Origin: Octopus bimaculoides
Lineage: Eukaryota
Assembly: GCF_001194135.2 (NCBI RefSeq)
Contig: NC_068983.1
Span: forward strand, 166,855,832 to 166,904,146
Length of the DNA stretch: 48,315 nucleotides
Direction: 5' to 3'
Each line of letters starts with the position of its first letter. The stretch's first letter is position 1. Both the position numbers and the translations under genes were made by a program. Under the pieces are notes generated by a model. It had not been told where the DNA came from, ran no database searches, and saw only the letters and a program-made list of their open reading frames with translations. Positions 46,961 through 48,315 of the stretch are shown piece by piece.

Positions 46961-47842
46961 GATAATTCCAACCGACTCTACCTATCAAGAAAGGAAGATA
47001 GCAGACAATCACTAAACACAGAAGACACTATTAATACTGCGATAATGGGTCTGGAAAATTATGTTGAGCAGAGTAAAGAAAGAATACTATCGGCAGAGCC
47101 AGAGATATCCAAAAAGGGACTGAAACAGATGGGGAATTCAAAGAGAAAAGGAAAGAACAAATGGAAAGAAATGGAACTGCATGACCAATTCATGCAGCAA
47201 ACCGAGAATGCTGGAAGTGAAGAACTTGAAATGAGGAAAAAATGTTAATTATAAGCACTGAGGAACAGGCCTTTGGAACAAATCTGATAAAGACAAAGAT
47301 CAATAAAACCCAGACAGCAATTGTAGAATCTGCAGGAAAAGATACCAAAGGTATCAATCACTTTTTGAGTGAGTGCAGTATACTAACATAAAAGGAGTAT
47401 AAGCACAGACAAGACTGTTGGCAAAAAGAGTGCATTGGAATGATAATGAAGTATGTAGCTTGAAAACAACAGAAAAATGGTATGAACATGAAGCAGGGGC
47501 TATGATACAAGATGTTTTTGGATTTCCACACAAAGACTGAGCCTAATACTGACGCACAAAGGACAAAATAAACAAAGCCTGTAAGATGACAGACTTTGCA
47601 AGGGAGACTGTAGAAGCAGGAGACAACATTTATTCCTGTAGGAATTGGTGCACTTGGCACAACACCAAGAATGCTGCCTAAAAGACTGAAAGAAACTGGA
47701 ACTGAAACTTGCATTGTCAACCTGCAGAAAAGTACCATTCTATATTCTGCTAGAATCCTGAAAAAAAAAAGATTCATGAGGTTTGAGGAAACCCATCACC
47801 AAATGGCAAGATAAAATCCCTGCTAATTAAATTGGCACTAGT

Positions 47843-47895
<53 letters not shown>
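46961..47895 (+). mobile_element. 5'-truncated R4/Dong-like non-LTR retrotransposon (RT thumb region, CCHC finger, restriction-like endonuclease), decayed, (TAA)n tail
   Basis: Frames give NRLYLSRKEDSR, WKEMELHDQF, EEQAFGTNLIKTKINK, CRIC...INHFLSECS..KEYKHRQD, KWYEHE, MTDFA and FIPVGIGALGTTPRMLPKRLKETGTETCIVNLQKSTILYSARIL, with stop near 47784-47786. (TAA)n at 47844-47895; (GAT)n at the 5' junction. Confidence 0.9.
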
Positions 47896-47896
<1 letters not shown>

Positions 47897-47920
47897 GCTG
47901 TTGCGAAAATATTAATATAT

Positions 47921-48010
47921 ACTAGCAGAAATACCCGGCTTTGCCCGGGTTAAAGAGAATAATGAAATCTAAAAACGCTGTCTAGACTACGCAACCCTCA
48001 ACTGTTAGTA
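47921..48010 (-). mobile_element. Helitron-like 3' terminus
   Basis: Minus strand ends in hairpin acccgg/ccgggt (47933-47950, 6-bp stem), then 7 nt, then CTAG followed by T (47925-47921). The 5' TC end was not located. Confidence 0.55.
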
Positions 48011-48315
48011 GCTACGATACCATATTTCTACATTAATAACTCTCCAATCCATGCCAGCATGGAACATAGACATTAAGTGGAATGCCAGTCTCTCATCTAG
48101 GAGGGCCTTGAAATCAATGTTACCAACTGGGGACTATGTGTGTCGCAGTGATAATAAAAAGACTCAAAGGAGGTCTGCAACGAAATAATTTTACTCAACA
48201 CTTTGCAAGTGAATCAGTGGAGGCAAAGATGCGTCTCATTTACTTGACAATTTATGCACCACATTGCAGAAATCACAATGAAAGTATATCTGAAAGGGTA
48301 GTCTTACACTGTTGT

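Noticed and set aside
1685-48085. TEAD-binding MCAT motifs (CATTCC/GGAATG) suggesting autoregulation
   Set aside because: About 15-20 scattered hits, close to the roughly 16 expected from base composition, with no clustering.
1-48315. CRISPR arrays, operons or other prokaryotic systems
   Set aside because: The sequence is eukaryotic, with spliceosomal introns, SINEs and microsatellites; no regularly spaced repeat-spacer structure is present.

Overview
AT-rich, microsatellite- and SINE-dense eukaryotic DNA from a gapped assembly. The repeat families resemble those of octopod cephalopods (Octopus-like; inferred from repeat resemblance). The only host gene recognisable is a TEAD/scalloped (TEF-1) transcription factor on the minus strand. 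Nine GT-AG coding exons were reconstructed by hand between 29207 and the stop codon at 8228-8230, covering TEA helices 2-3, the linker and nearly all of the YAP/Vestigial-binding domain. One internal exon (expected about 82 nt, YES...VEKVE) is absent and most likely lies in the N-gap at 11403-12190. The first TEA exon (DAEGVW...KMYG) was not found. A candidate 5.6-kb 3'UTR ends at a textbook poly(A) site near 2573. The rest is intron or flank filled with tRNA-derived SINEs, MITEs (piggyBac-like, hAT, mariner), a decayed RTE LINE, two R4/Dong-like restriction-endonuclease retrotransposon 3' ends with (TAA)n tails, a Helitron-like end and a Penelope-like fragment carrying a decayed minimal hammerhead ribozyme. 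Almost all ORFs in the supplied track are artefacts of repeats or N-runs. No rRNA, functional tRNA or CRISPR was seen. I found no support for a wholly new biological system; the best leads are the hammerhead-like motifs, TEAD splice architecture, candidate A-to-I recoding sites and a 71-nt intronic palindrome. Repeat boundaries are approximate unless TSDs or TIRs are quoted.
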